A stretch of 64,000 nucleotides of DNA, taken from NCBI GenBank assembly GCA_963753285.1, contig CAVWBT010000011.1, positions 69,354 to 133,353 of the forward strand, read 5' to 3'. This DNA is from an uncultured bacterium (GTDB taxonomy: Bacteria > Actinomycetota > Acidimicrobiia > Spongiisociales > ZC4RG35). The notes below the pieces were generated by a model, which did no database searches, was not told where the DNA came from, and saw only the letters and a program-made list of their open reading frames with translations. The first letter of the stretch is position 1, and every line of letters begins with the position of its first letter. The translations under genes were made by a program, and so were the position numbers. Below, piece after piece: positions 1 through 8,766 of this stretch.

Positions 1-25
1 ACCCACGCCCGTGCGTTGCGGTCCG

Positions 26-973
26 TCATTGCTCCGCCTCGTTTCGCAGGGTGTACCAGAGATATGGGATGACGAGGACCGCCACGCTGAGCAGGAGCAC
101 GATGCCGATCGATGCGCCACGACCGAAGAAGTAGCCGTCGAAGGTCGTGGTCCACATGTAGATGGCGGGGACGTCGAGCGCTACCTGTTTGCCCGCGAGG
201 GCGATGATCAGGTCGAAGACCTTCAGGGAGATGTGGCCGAGGATGATGAGCGCGCTGAGCGTCACTGGGCGGAGCAAAGGCAGGACGACCCTCCGATAGA
301 CCTGCCACTCACCGGCGCCATCGACCCGGGCAGCTTCGCGGAGGCCTTCGGGCACCGCGCGGAGCCCGGCGAGGTAGATCGCCATCGTGTATCCCGACAT
401 CTGCCAGACGGCCGGAAGGGCGACCGCGGCGATACCCCAGGTTGGGGTGGTGTGCCACCGGTTGACGAGTGAGTCCAAACCGATGTTCTCGAACAGCAGG
501 TTCAGCCCGCTTGCGCGATCTCCGACCGCTGGGTTCATCAGCCACCGCCAGACCACGCCAGTGACGATGAACGAGATCGCCATCGGGAAGAGGAACAGAC
601 TCCGATAGAAGCCCTCGGCCCGGATCCCTTTGTCCAGCAACATCGCCAGGCCCAGTCCGATGAACAGGCAGCCGAGCACGAACACGACCGTGAAGATGGC
701 CGTGTTCCTCACGTCGATGGCGAACCGTGGGTCCTTCGCCAGGTTCACATAGTTCTCCGCGCCGACGAACGTGTAGTCGGGGAGGAGTCCCTTCCAACGA
801 CTCACCGAGACTCGGGCTGTCCACGCGATGAACCCATAGACGAATATCAACACCGCGAGGATCGAGGGCAGGACGAGCAACAGCCCGGCTCCGCCCTTCA
901 TGCGCACCGGATTCGGGCGCGGCAGTCTCAGCCTGGGAGCCCTCGATTCGGTCTCGGTTCGGGTTGCCTGCAT
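26..973 (-). CDS. ABC transporter permease (sugar/MalF-UgpA-like binding-protein-dependent permease)
   Basis: The ORF 26..1330 translation has 6 TM segments and the EAA-like permease signature region (YLAGLRAVPEGLREAARVDGAG). Start chosen at the ATG at 973 (the alternative is 901). It lies downstream of the SBP gene on the same strand. Confidence 0.75.
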   Translation of the reverse strand: MQATRTETESRAPRLRLPRPNPVRMKGGAGLLLVLPSILAVLIFVYGFIAWTARVSVSRWKGLLPDYTFVGAENYVNLAKDPRFAIDVRNTAIFTVVFVLGCLFIGLGLAMLLDKGIRAEGFYRSLFLFPMAISFIVTGVVWRWLMNPAVGDRASGLNLLFENIGLDSLVNRWHTTPTWGIAAVALPAVWQMSGYTMAIYLAGLRAVPEGLREAARVDGAGEWQVYRRVVLPLLRPVTLSALIILGHISLKVFDLIIALAGKQVALDVPAIYMWTTTFDGYFFGRGASIGIVLLLSVAVLVIPYLWYTLRNEAEQ

Positions 974-1038
974 CTCTCGATCCCATGTCGGCCCGCCCTC
1001 GAGTCGAGGGCGGGCCGACCGATGAGTTCTCCTCCGAT

Positions 1039-2337
1039 CTAGGCGTTGGGTGATGCTTCGGCGGCAGCAACCAGTGCGCTCTGGAACGCTGCGACGTCCC
1101 TGCTCGCCAGGAACAGGCCAAGCGCCGTGTCGATCTCCGACTTCCACGAGTCGTTGGCGACGACGCCGTGGGTCAGGCTCCCGACGACGGTGTTCGATGC
1201 CCAGTCGTCCATCGCCGACAGCAGGTATTCCCCGTAGAGGCTGCGATCGCCATCGCTGCGGGCAGGGATCGATCCCTTGACGGGGTTGAACGCGTCCTGT
1301 CCCTCGCGGGATCCAGCGACCTTCAACCACTCGATCGCCGCGTCGCGATGCGGGGCGTTCTTGGCCAGCACGAAGCTGTCCGAGAGGAACTGGAAGTTGC
1401 CTCCCGTCCCGGGGACCGGTGCCCAGGTGTACCCCTCCTGTGGGATCGAACCGATCTCACGGAAGAAGCCCTCCTGCCAGTCACCCATGATGTTGAATGC
1501 TGCGGAGCCCTCGATCACCAGCTGGCCGGCGTCCTGCCACGACAGGGCCGAGGCGTCGGAGTTGGTGTAGTCGAGCAGCGTGCCGAAGTTCTCGATCGCG
1601 GTCGCGACCTCGGGTGCGTCCCACGAGCCACTTCCGTCCCACAAGGCGTTGTAGTCATCCGCACCCAGCGTTGCGAGCAACACGGTCTCGAACAGGTGCA
1701 TCGCCGTCCACTGCTCACCCATGGCGAGCGGAGCGTCCATTCCTCCGGCCTCGAGCGTCTCGAGCGCTGCGACGAAGTCATCGAACGACTCGGGCATGTC
1801 GATGCCTGCGTCCGCGAGCACCGTCGGGTTGGCCCAGAGCACGTTCGCGCGGTGGATGTTCACAGGGACCGAGTAGATGTCTCCGTCTTTCGAGATCAGC
1901 GGGATCAGTGTGTCGGGCATGACGTCGAGCCAGCCTTCCTCGTCGTAGAGGAAGTTGAGCGGTTCGATCTGATCCGCGGCGACGTATGTGCCGATCAGCT
2001 CCCAGCCGGCGTGACCCTGCCAGCTGTCTGGCGGGTCGTTCGCCTGGAGTCGCGACGCCAGCACCGCCCGGGCGTTGGTTCCTGCGCCTCCGGCGACCGC
2101 CGAGTTGATGAATTCGATGTCTGGATCGACCTCTCCGAAGACCCCAATCATCGCATCGAGGCCGGCGGCCTCTCCACCGCCCGTCCACCACGAGAACACC
2201 TCGACCTCTCCGGTCATGTCTTCTCCGGCGCCGGTGGTTGTGGTCTCGTCGCTTCCCTCATCGCTCCCGCAACCCATGACGACCATGGCCATGACGAGCA
2301 CGATGGTGAGCCAGCGAAGGCCCTTGTATGACTGCAT
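1039..2337 (-). CDS. ABC transporter substrate-binding lipoprotein (extracellular solute-binding protein family 1, sugar type)
   Basis: Signal peptide plus lipobox (LTIVLVMAMVVMGCGSDEG). Start is the ATG at 2337, preceded by a GGAGGA RBS (ctcgaggaggacacATG). Size and composition are typical of a sugar SBP. Confidence 0.85.
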   Translation of the reverse strand: MQSYKGLRWLTIVLVMAMVVMGCGSDEGSDETTTTGAGEDMTGEVEVFSWWTGGGEAAGLDAMIGVFGEVDPDIEFINSAVAGGAGTNARAVLASRLQANDPPDSWQGHAGWELIGTYVAADQIEPLNFLYDEEGWLDVMPDTLIPLISKDGDIYSVPVNIHRANVLWANPTVLADAGIDMPESFDDFVAALETLEAGGMDAPLAMGEQWTAMHLFETVLLATLGADDYNALWDGSGSWDAPEVATAIENFGTLLDYTNSDASALSWQDAGQLVIEGSAAFNIMGDWQEGFFREIGSIPQEGYTWAPVPGTGGNFQFLSDSFVLAKNAPHRDAAIEWLKVAGSREGQDAFNPVKGSIPARSDGDRSLYGEYLLSAMDDWASNTVVGSLTHGVVANDSWKSEIDTALGLFLASRDVAAFQSALVAAAEASPNA

Positions 2338-2591
2338 GTGTCCTCCTCGAGAATGCGGCGGACGCCAGCGGCGTTCGCCAGTCTCCGCGACCGTATTCCG
2401 GGGCGACCAGCACATACAGTGCCGAAAGTCCGGGGCGGTGGGCGCTGCGTCGGGAAGCGTGACGCCGGCGCGCCGGCGATGCGTGTGAGAAGCGGGCCGG
2501 GTCTCGTCGACCGAGCCCGGACACGCCGCCGAGTCGGGTCCGAGTGGTGGCGGCTGACGGTGTTCTGCGGTAGCCTGTCGTCAGCGCCAAT

Positions 2592-2622
2592 TTGAGACAT
2601 CAGCTTGCGGGCGCTCTACAAA
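2592..2622 (+). promoter_or_regulatory. candidate sigma70-like promoter (TTGAGA, 18 nt spacer, TACAAA) for the homocysteine methyltransferase leader
   Basis: This is the only AT-rich patch in a 388-nt intergenic region. The hexamers resemble TTGACA/TATAAT. Confidence 0.3.
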
Positions 2623-2629
2623 TGCAGCT

Positions 2630-2725
2630 AAAGCGATGACGTGAGAACCGTCCCGCAGACGCTGCCGGACGGTTTCGTGCCGTCTGGTGGGAAATACGCA
2701 AGCGCCACCCGACGGAGGTTGCGCA
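2630..2725 (+). promoter_or_regulatory. structured 5' leader with mutually exclusive hairpins (candidate riboswitch/attenuator) upstream of homocysteine S-methyltransferase
   Basis: CCGTCC-CGCAG-ACG-CTGC-C-GGACGG forms one hairpin. Its GACGG arm can instead pair with the downstream CCGTC in GGACGG-TTTCGTG-CCGTC. A third GACGG sits next to the RBS. No known SAM-I/SAM-IV consensus was recognised. Confidence 0.2.
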
Positions 2726-3739
2726 ATGACCACGAAGACCGAACCCGACTGTGCGAGGTTCGAGCAGCTGCTCTCCGACAAGGGCCTATTGGTCGCCGAC
2801 GGTGCCATGGGAACCACGCTGTTCGAGATGGGACTCGAGAGCGGTGGTTGCCCCGAGCTCCTCAACGTCGAACGACCCGATCTGGTGCGGCGTGTTCACC
2901 AGGCCTTCGTCGACGCCGGCGCCGACATCATTCTCACCAACACGTTCGGTGGGAACCGGCGCCGTCTCGCTCTGCATCGGCTCGAGGGCCGTGTCGCCGA
3001 GCTCAACGCGGCCGCGGTGGGAATCGCAGCGTCCGTTCGGGATGCCGCGGACCGGCCGGTTCTCGTCGCCGGGAGCATCGGCCCGACCGGGGACCTGTTC
3101 GTTCCGCTGGGGCCGCTCACCCACGAGCAGGGCGTCGAGGTGTTCGCCGAGCAGGCGAAGGCGCTGGTCGACGCCGGTGTCGACGTCCTGTGGATCGAGA
3201 CGCTGTCCTCGTGGGAAGAGCTCGGCGCCGCCATCGAAGGATGCTCCGGTCTGGGGATCCCCGTCTCGGCCACGCTGAGCTTCGATACGAACGGCAAGAC
3301 GATGATGGGACTCTCGCCTCGTGAGTTCGGCGAATGGTGGACGAGACAGGACGATCCTCCGACCGCCATCGGGGCGAACTGCGGCATCGGGCCGGGCGAC
3401 GCAGTGGCGGCGGCGTTCGACATCACGTCGGTCGCAAACGACATCCCGGTCATCACGAAGGCGAACTGCGGCGTGCCGCTCTACAAGACCGACGCACCCG
3501 AGTACCCGGTCGGACCCGAGGGCATGTCCGACTACGTCGAGCTGGCCGTGCGGAGCGGTGCGAGGATCATCGGCTCGTGCTGCGGGTCGACACCGGCCCA
3601 CGTGGCCGCCATTCGTGCGGCGGTCGACGCCGGGATCACAGGAGAGAGGCCGGAGCGAGCCGAGATAGAGGAGCGCCTCGAAGCGGCACCGGATGCACCT
3701 CCAAAGGCCCGACGCGCCCGGTCAGGGCGTCGGGGCTGA
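2726..3739 (+). CDS. homocysteine S-methyltransferase family protein (Pfam S-methyl_trans; MmuM/BHMT-like)
   Basis: The translation matches the homocysteine-binding domain, including the GxNCGxGP and C-terminal SCCG zinc-binding cysteine motifs. ATG at 2726 with a GGAGG RBS 9 nt upstream. Confidence 0.85.
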   Translation: MTTKTEPDCARFEQLLSDKGLLVADGAMGTTLFEMGLESGGCPELLNVERPDLVRRVHQAFVDAGADIILTNTFGGNRRRLALHRLEGRVAELNAAAVGIAASVRDAADRPVLVAGSIGPTGDLFVPLGPLTHEQGVEVFAEQAKALVDAGVDVLWIETLSSWEELGAAIEGCSGLGIPVSATLSFDTNGKTMMGLSPREFGEWWTRQDDPPTAIGANCGIGPGDAVAAAFDITSVANDIPVITKANCGVPLYKTDAPEYPVGPEGMSDYVELAVRSGARIIGSCCGSTPAHVAAIRAAVDAGITGERPERAEIEERLEAAPDAPPKARRARSGRRG

Positions 3740-3747
3740 ACGAGGCC

Positions 3748-4635
3748 TCAGCCTCGAGCGGCAGGGTGACGCGAGCGGGATCCGGCTCGCTGAATGAGGC
3801 TGACGATCCCGAATCCGATCACCACCAACACCAGGACGGTGAGTGCGCTGTCATCGGGGCCGAGCAGGCTCCGGTCGACGTCCTGCCACGGCCAGAGTGC
3901 TCTGAGCGACCCGATCATGAGTCCGACGAGGGCTGCCATGGTCCGGTCGTGATTCGTCGAGAGCAGCCTGCGAAGCAGCGTCGCGAACGATCCGAGGCCG
4001 GCGATCGCGCCGAGGGCAAATACCGCGACGTACGCCAGATCGAGGTCTCGCACCGCTTCGAGGGTCGGCTCGTAGAGACCCAGGACGAGCAGGAGGAACG
4101 AGCCGCTCACACCCGGCAGGATCATGGCGCAGATCGCCACGGCTGCACCGGCAAACGCCATCCACAGCGCAGGGTCCTCGATCGTCCCGCTCGGCAGGCC
4201 AGACAGAAAGAAAGCCGGTACCGCGAAGATGAACGCCGTCATCACCGCCGGATATCCCGGGTTGGGAATGCGATTCCACGGGATGGCGATCGACGCGCCG
4301 ACCAGACCCAGGAACAGCGCACGACTCTCGGTCGGATAGCGCTCGAGCAGGTCGGGGACGAAGACCGATGCGATGCCGATTGCGGCTCCGATGCCTCCGA
4401 TGAGCGGAAGGATGAAGCTCCACTGGATGGACCTGAACTGCTCGGCGGCTTGGGAACCGTTTCCCCGCACGGCTGCGAGGATCATGTGGAACCCCTGCGA
4501 GATCGCCGTCAGGAGCTGTTCGTAGATCCCCATGATCAAGGCCATGGTTCCCCCGCTGACCCCAGGAACGGCGTCCGCCGCCCCCATCACCAGGCCTTGG
4601 AGGACATGGCGACCGGGTTGCGTCGCTGAGTCCAT
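3748..4635 (-). CDS. DUF368 family membrane protein
   Basis: GVSGGTMALIMGIY-type motif and multiple TM helices. Start trimmed to the ATG at 4635. Confidence 0.7.
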   Translation of the reverse strand: MDSATQPGRHVLQGLVMGAADAVPGVSGGTMALIMGIYEQLLTAISQGFHMILAAVRGNGSQAAEQFRSIQWSFILPLIGGIGAAIGIASVFVPDLLERYPTESRALFLGLVGASIAIPWNRIPNPGYPAVMTAFIFAVPAFFLSGLPSGTIEDPALWMAFAGAAVAICAMILPGVSGSFLLLVLGLYEPTLEAVRDLDLAYVAVFALGAIAGLGSFATLLRRLLSTNHDRTMAALVGLMIGSLRALWPWQDVDRSLLGPDDSALTVLVLVVIGFGIVSLIQRAGSRSRHPAARG

Positions 4636-4744
4636 CCGAATCAGGTTACGTCGCGCACGGCTGGGCTCTGACCACCCACCGATGGTGCTGCCGGCGGTGA
4701 CCGGCTGTCCGATCCAACCCGCTCGGCTCACCGGCTCCTGGCGG

Positions 4745-5041
4745 TCATCCGCCCGCCATAGCCCCAACGATCAGGTATGGCTCGGTGCCCGCTGCGACTG
4801 GTTCCGGGAGAGGATCATCGGGGTGTTCGTTCGACAGATCCTCCTCGCAGGCGAAGAACCGCACGAACGGGCGGCGGCCACCCGTGGTTCGCTCGCGAAT
4901 CGTTCCGATCAGCACGGGGTGTGCCGTCTCCAGTGCGTCGAGCACCTTCCGCTGGGTCACGGTGCCGTCGACCTGGAGCTCGAGTTCCGGTCCGACACCG
5001 GCCAGCGTGCGGAGGTGATGTGGCAGCCGGATCCTGATCAC
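4745..5041 (-). CDS. MoaD/ThiS-family ubiquitin-like sulfur-carrier-type protein (C-terminal Gly-Gly)
   Basis: 98 aa ending ...VGAMAGG. Its start overlaps the stop of the upstream BNR gene (ATGA). Confidence 0.65.
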   Translation of the reverse strand: MIRIRLPHHLRTLAGVGPELELQVDGTVTQRKVLDALETAHPVLIGTIRERTTGGRRPFVRFFACEEDLSNEHPDDPLPEPVAAGTEPYLIVGAMAGG

Positions 5042-6153
5042 GAGAGCGTCTGCACCTCGACCGAGTACACGGCTGGGAGGTCACGCACGATCGCCTCCCA
5101 GGTGTCGCCACCGTCCGGCGATGCATAGACCTGCCCACCGGTCGTACCGAAGTAGATGCCGCACGGGTCGTGGCCGTCGACCGCCATCGAGTCGCGCAAC
5201 ACGTTGACGTAGCAGTCCTCCTGTGGAAGGCCGTCGGTGAGGGCCTCCCATTCGTTCCCGCCTGATCGGCTCCGGTAGACACGCAGGCGACCCTCGGGTG
5301 GGTAGTGCTCGGAATCGCTCTTGATCGGAATGACGAACACGGTCTCGGGGTCGTTCGAGTCGATCGCCACCGGGAACCCGAAGTCGGATGGCAGATTGCC
5401 GCTCACCTCGTGCCAGTTGTCTCCGCCGTCGTCCGAGCGCATCACGTCCCAGTGTTTCTGCATGAACAGCACGTCGGGCCTGTCGGGGTGCATGGCGATC
5501 CGATGCACGCAGTGGCCCACCTCCGCGTCCGGATCGGGGAGCTCCGGGTTGGAGACCAGGCCACGGTTGATCGCGTTCCACGTCTCCCCGCCGTCCTCGG
5601 ACCGGAACGCCCCGGCGGCCGAGATGGCCGTGAACATCCGTCCGGGGTCGTTCGGGTCGAGGATGATCGTGTGCAGGCACAACCCGCCGGCACCGGGCTG
5701 CCAGGTGTTGCCGGTGCCGTGACCACGCATACCGGTCAGCTCCCGCCAGTTCTCGCCTCCGTCGGTCGACTTGAACAGCGCGGCGTCCTCGACTCCGGCG
5801 AACAGGGTGTCTGGATCGTTCGGTGAGGGCTCGAGGTGCCACACCTTGTGGAACTCCCATGGGCGAGGCGTGCCGTCGTACCAGAGGTGGGTGCCGGGAT
5901 CGCCTGCGTAGCTGAAGTCGTTGCCGACCGGTTCCCAGGTGGCGCCGCCGTCGTCGGAACGCTGGATCAGCTGACCGAACCAGCCGGTCCACTGGGCGGC
6001 ATAGAGCCGGTTGGGGTCTACGGGCGAACCGGTGATGTGGTGGACCTCCCATCCGGGGAAGTGGGGTCCCGCCACAGACCAGGTCATGCGGTCCTTCGAC
6101 GTGAGAACGAACGCACCTTTCTTGGTGCCGACCAGCACCCTGACACCGACCAT
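5038..6153 (-). CDS. BNR/Asp-box repeat protein (sialidase/Ycf48-like beta-propeller fold)
   Basis: Repeated S-x-D-x-G-x-T-W Asp-box motifs ([40 protein letters not shown]). ATG at 6153 with an AAAGGA RBS. Confidence 0.7.
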   Translation of the reverse strand: MVGVRVLVGTKKGAFVLTSKDRMTWSVAGPHFPGWEVHHITGSPVDPNRLYAAQWTGWFGQLIQRSDDGGATWEPVGNDFSYAGDPGTHLWYDGTPRPWEFHKVWHLEPSPNDPDTLFAGVEDAALFKSTDGGENWRELTGMRGHGTGNTWQPGAGGLCLHTIILDPNDPGRMFTAISAAGAFRSEDGGETWNAINRGLVSNPELPDPDAEVGHCVHRIAMHPDRPDVLFMQKHWDVMRSDDGGDNWHEVSGNLPSDFGFPVAIDSNDPETVFVIPIKSDSEHYPPEGRLRVYRSRSGGNEWEALTDGLPQEDCYVNVLRDSMAVDGHDPCGIYFGTTGGQVYASPDGGDTWEAIVRDLPAVYSVEVQTLS

Positions 6154-6298
6154 GCCTGATCCTTTCTCGGGCCATCCGAGGGTAGGCATGGGTGGGTGTC
6201 CGATGCCGCCGAGAAACGATGCTTGCGCTCCGGCCGCCAGGCGGACCCTCTGAGTGTGCAGCGGACACCCGCCGAGATCCATCCGATCAGACGGTCAC

Positions 6299-6700
6299 TC
6301 AGTCGAGACCGAGCGCCTGGCGGGTCCTCTTCGTGAGGCCTGCGACGACCAGCCGGTAGGAGTCCTCGAGCCAGTCCTCCAACTCGAAGTCGGGGACCTC
6401 GGCGATCTTGACCCGGTTCCAGTGCCGCTCGTGCATGTACGGGGCGCGATCGACGGCGTCGGGGAAGATCGCACGCTGTTCGTCGATGACGTCCGGCAGG
6501 GCTTTGATGGAGGCGGTGTGCGGGGGGTCCTCCGACAGCGTGCAGAACATCTTGCCGCCGACCTTGTAGACCCGCGAATCGGGTCCGAACGGGTACTCGA
6601 GCACACTGCCCGGGAAGCTCTCTGCCAGGGCGACAAACTCGTCGAAGGTCACGTTCGGAAGGCTATACCCTCGACGGATGCAGGGATCGGTCACCGCCAT
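6299..6700 (-). CDS. MmcQ/YjbR family DNA-binding protein
   Basis: 133-aa translation typical of the MmcQ/YjbR family. The start may instead be the GTG at 6694. Confidence 0.6.
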   Translation of the reverse strand: MAVTDPCIRRGYSLPNVTFDEFVALAESFPGSVLEYPFGPDSRVYKVGGKMFCTLSEDPPHTASIKALPDVIDEQRAIFPDAVDRAPYMHERHWNRVKIAEVPDFELEDWLEDSYRLVVAGLTKRTRQALGLD

Positions 6701-7133
6701 TCACATCGCCCCCGAATATGGCAGACCAGTCGAGCCGGTAGAGCGGGTCGAGGCGGTCGCCGGGAAGGGGCTGTGTGGCGACCGCTATTTCGGAACCAGG
6801 CGTCAGGTCACGTTGGTCGCGACCGGTGAGTTGCAGGCTGCCGCGGCCCAGTTGGGTGTAGAGGTGATCGACGGTGGTGCGACCCGTAGAAACATCACGG
6901 TCGATCTGCCCTCACTCCCGAGGACTCATGGGGCACGCATCGAGATAGGGGAGGTGCTGTTCGAGGTGTGGCGTGATTGCGCCCCGTGCGAGGTGATGGA
7001 GTCGGCGGTCGGGCCCGGAGCGCGCGCTGCACTCAGGGATCGGGCGGGAGTCTCCGCAACGGTCGTTGCCGGAGGCGTCATCCGGATCGGCGATCCGGTT
7101 CACCTGGGTCAGTCAGGTCGAGCGGTCCTCTAG
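6678..7133 (+). CDS. MOSC domain-containing protein
   Basis: 150-aa beta-barrel MOSC-like translation with a conserved Cys near the C-terminus (CAPCEVM). Confidence 0.65.
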   Translation: MQGSVTAIHIAPEYGRPVEPVERVEAVAGKGLCGDRYFGTRRQVTLVATGELQAAAAQLGVEVIDGGATRRNITVDLPSLPRTHGARIEIGEVLFEVWRDCAPCEVMESAVGPGARAALRDRAGVSATVVAGGVIRIGDPVHLGQSGRAVL

Positions 7134-7206
7134 ATCATCCCGCGGAGGCCCGTCAATGGTCTTGGCCGCGATCACAGGGGCGCCGCCCGCCTCGGGCGTT
7201 CACGAT

Positions 7207-7262
7207 TCCGAACCCAGGGTTGCTGACGACACAGGATGTCGATTTCAGGTCAAGGTTCGCCG
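7207..7262. repeat. GC-rich palindromic REP-like element, copy A (GCGAACCCAGGGTTGCTGACGACA...TCAGGTCAAGGTTCGCC)
   Basis: About 55 bp with terminal inverted motifs CGAACC/GGTTCG. Highly similar copies are at 8706-8760 (inverted orientation) and 32884-32938. Confidence 0.6.
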
Positions 7263-8630
7263 TCAGCCCGCACTCAGCGTGACCGGGTATTCACGGACGC
7301 CGATCTGCGCGCCGTCCTTGGCGGACGTGTCGAAGGTGATCACGGCTCCACGCTGGGTCGAGTCGAGCGGATACGGGATCGTCACGTCGAACGACGTCCA
7401 CGGGATTCCGCCGGGGCTGATCACCTGGGGGCCGTTCGCCAGCACCGGAACTTCGGCGATGATGAGCCCGTCTGCATCGACGACGACCACCTGGAACTGC
7501 GCTTCGAAGGCGAACGTTCGACCGACCAACCGCACCGGGTTGGCTGCAGTGCCTCCGAAGAGAGGTTGGTCCACGAAGACCATCGGCAGCACTCCGGCGT
7601 CGAGGAAGGCCTCCCGGGTGAACGGAGCCTCGATCCCGCCGACCTCGATCAATGGGATCGAGTCGGCGACGACTTCGACCCGGTCGACAGTTGGGAACTG
7701 GGTCAGCGTGAACACGACCTGAGCGACACTCCGCACTGTTGCCGGGCCGAATCCGGTCAGGCGGACGGTCGCCGTGTCTCCGCTGATCACGATGGACGAC
7801 ACCCTGGCGCTCGAGGGGATCGCAGTCGACATCGCGGGGATCGATGCCGACTCGCCTGGCGTGGGGCCTGCCAGCAGCTGCGTCATCGCGTCGGTTGCGG
7901 GCGTGAGCGACCAGGGCACGTCCCGGGCCACCGGGGCGAGGTAGGGGCCCGGGCCCAGCGGCTCGTCGCCGAGCGAGTCGAGATACAGATACGCCGCGAC
8001 GGTTCGCGTCCGCGGAAGGGGGATGATCGGCGTGAGACCGAGGGCTCGGACGAGCATCGACGCCATCTCGGCTCGGCTGATCGGGGTGTCCGGTCTGAAG
8101 GTGCCGTCGGTGTAGCCGAGGGAGATGGCGTTTTCGGCGATGGTGTCGATGTTGGGTTCGTGGACGTTGCCGTCGTCGTCTGCGAACCAGTCGCGGGTTG
8201 CGGGTTCGAGCTCGGGGAGGGCCCTGGCGAGGAAGCTCGCCATCTCGGCCCGCGTGACAGTCACCTCCGGTCTGAAGGTGCCGTCGGTGTAGCCGAGGGT
8301 GATGGCGTTTTCGGCGATGGTGTCGATGTTGGGTTCGTGGACGTTGCCGTCGTCGTCTGCGAACCAGTCGCGGGTTGCGGGTTCGAGCTCGGGCAGCGCC
8401 CTGGCGAGGAAGCTCGCCATCTGGCCCCTCGTGACCGGGTCATCCGGGCAGTACCGATCTGTGTCGCAGCCCTGCGTGATCCCGGTGGCGACGAGGGCCT
8501 CGATCGCCGGCTCGTGGGCGCTTCCGTCGTCGTCGATGAACGTGCCTCCAGGTGGAAGTTCCTGGGCCGCCGCCGGGATGAACGGAATGGCCAGTGCAAC
8601 GGCGAGGGCGATCGTCGCGAGTCGTTTCAT
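7263..8630 (-). CDS. secreted cell-surface protein: three SLH-like repeats, then a GerMN domain and a C-terminal Gmad2 Ig-like domain
   Basis: Signal peptide MKRLATIALAVALAIPFIPAAAQE. The ATG at 8630 has a strong GGGAGGAGG RBS. The repeats carry the SLH signature (DGxF.P....TRA.MASFLARAL). Confidence 0.8.
   Translation of the reverse strand: MKRLATIALAVALAIPFIPAAAQELPPGGTFIDDDGSAHEPAIEALVATGITQGCDTDRYCPDDPVTRGQMASFLARALPELEPATRDWFADDDGNVHEPNIDTIAENAITLGYTDGTFRPEVTVTRAEMASFLARALPELEPATRDWFADDDGNVHEPNIDTIAENAISLGYTDGTFRPDTPISRAEMASMLVRALGLTPIIPLPRTRTVAAYLYLDSLGDEPLGPGPYLAPVARDVPWSLTPATDAMTQLLAGPTPGESASIPAMSTAIPSSARVSSIVISGDTATVRLTGFGPATVRSVAQVVFTLTQFPTVDRVEVVADSIPLIEVGGIEAPFTREAFLDAGVLPMVFVDQPLFGGTAANPVRLVGRTFAFEAQFQVVVVDADGLIIAEVPVLANGPQVISPGGIPWTSFDVTIPYPLDSTQRGAVITFDTSAKDGAQIGVREYPVTLSAG
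8092..8445. repeat. intragenic tandem duplication (2 x 177 bp, about 97% identical) encoding two SLH repeats
   Basis: Near-identical 177-bp units begin at 8092 and 8269. Each encodes LPELEPATRDWFADDDGNVHEPNIDTIAENAI(T/S)LGYTDGTFRP... Confidence 0.85.
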
Positions 8631-8705
8631 GCTCTCCTCCTCCCGACGGTGTACCAGCCGACTCGAAGCCACGACAGGGTCTCTGTTCCCTGCCGCCATC
8701 GTGGC

Positions 8706-8760
8706 GAACCTTGACCTGAGATATACAACAGATGTCGTCAGCAACCCTGGGTTCGCCTTG
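8706..8760. repeat. GC-rich palindromic REP-like element, copy B (inverted relative to copy A)
   Basis: Its reverse complement matches 7207-7262 over about 50 bp. It sits between the LLM stop and the SLH gene start. Confidence 0.6.
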
Positions 8761-8766
8761 GGCGGT

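Noticed and set aside
11-472. 153-aa ORF on the + strand at the window start.
   Set aside because: It lies entirely antisense within the ABC permease gene, has an acidic/Arg-rich composition and has no RBS.
2338-2725. SAM-I / SAM-IV riboswitch upstream of homocysteine methyltransferase.
   Set aside because: Conserved core motifs of SAM-I/IV could not be matched by eye. Kept only as a low-confidence structured-leader candidate.
7236-8714. 492-aa ORF on the + strand antisense to the SLH-protein gene. Similar long antisense ORFs are at 13429..14913 +, 21457..22797 +, 5081..6268 -, 1168..2331 +, 46034..47110 -, 22577..23395 -, 30278..31474 + and 39579..41195 +.
   Set aside because: These are Arg/Gly/Pro-rich shadow ORFs typical of high-GC DNA. 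They overlap, on the opposite strand, genes that have recognisable family motifs, signal peptides and RBSs.
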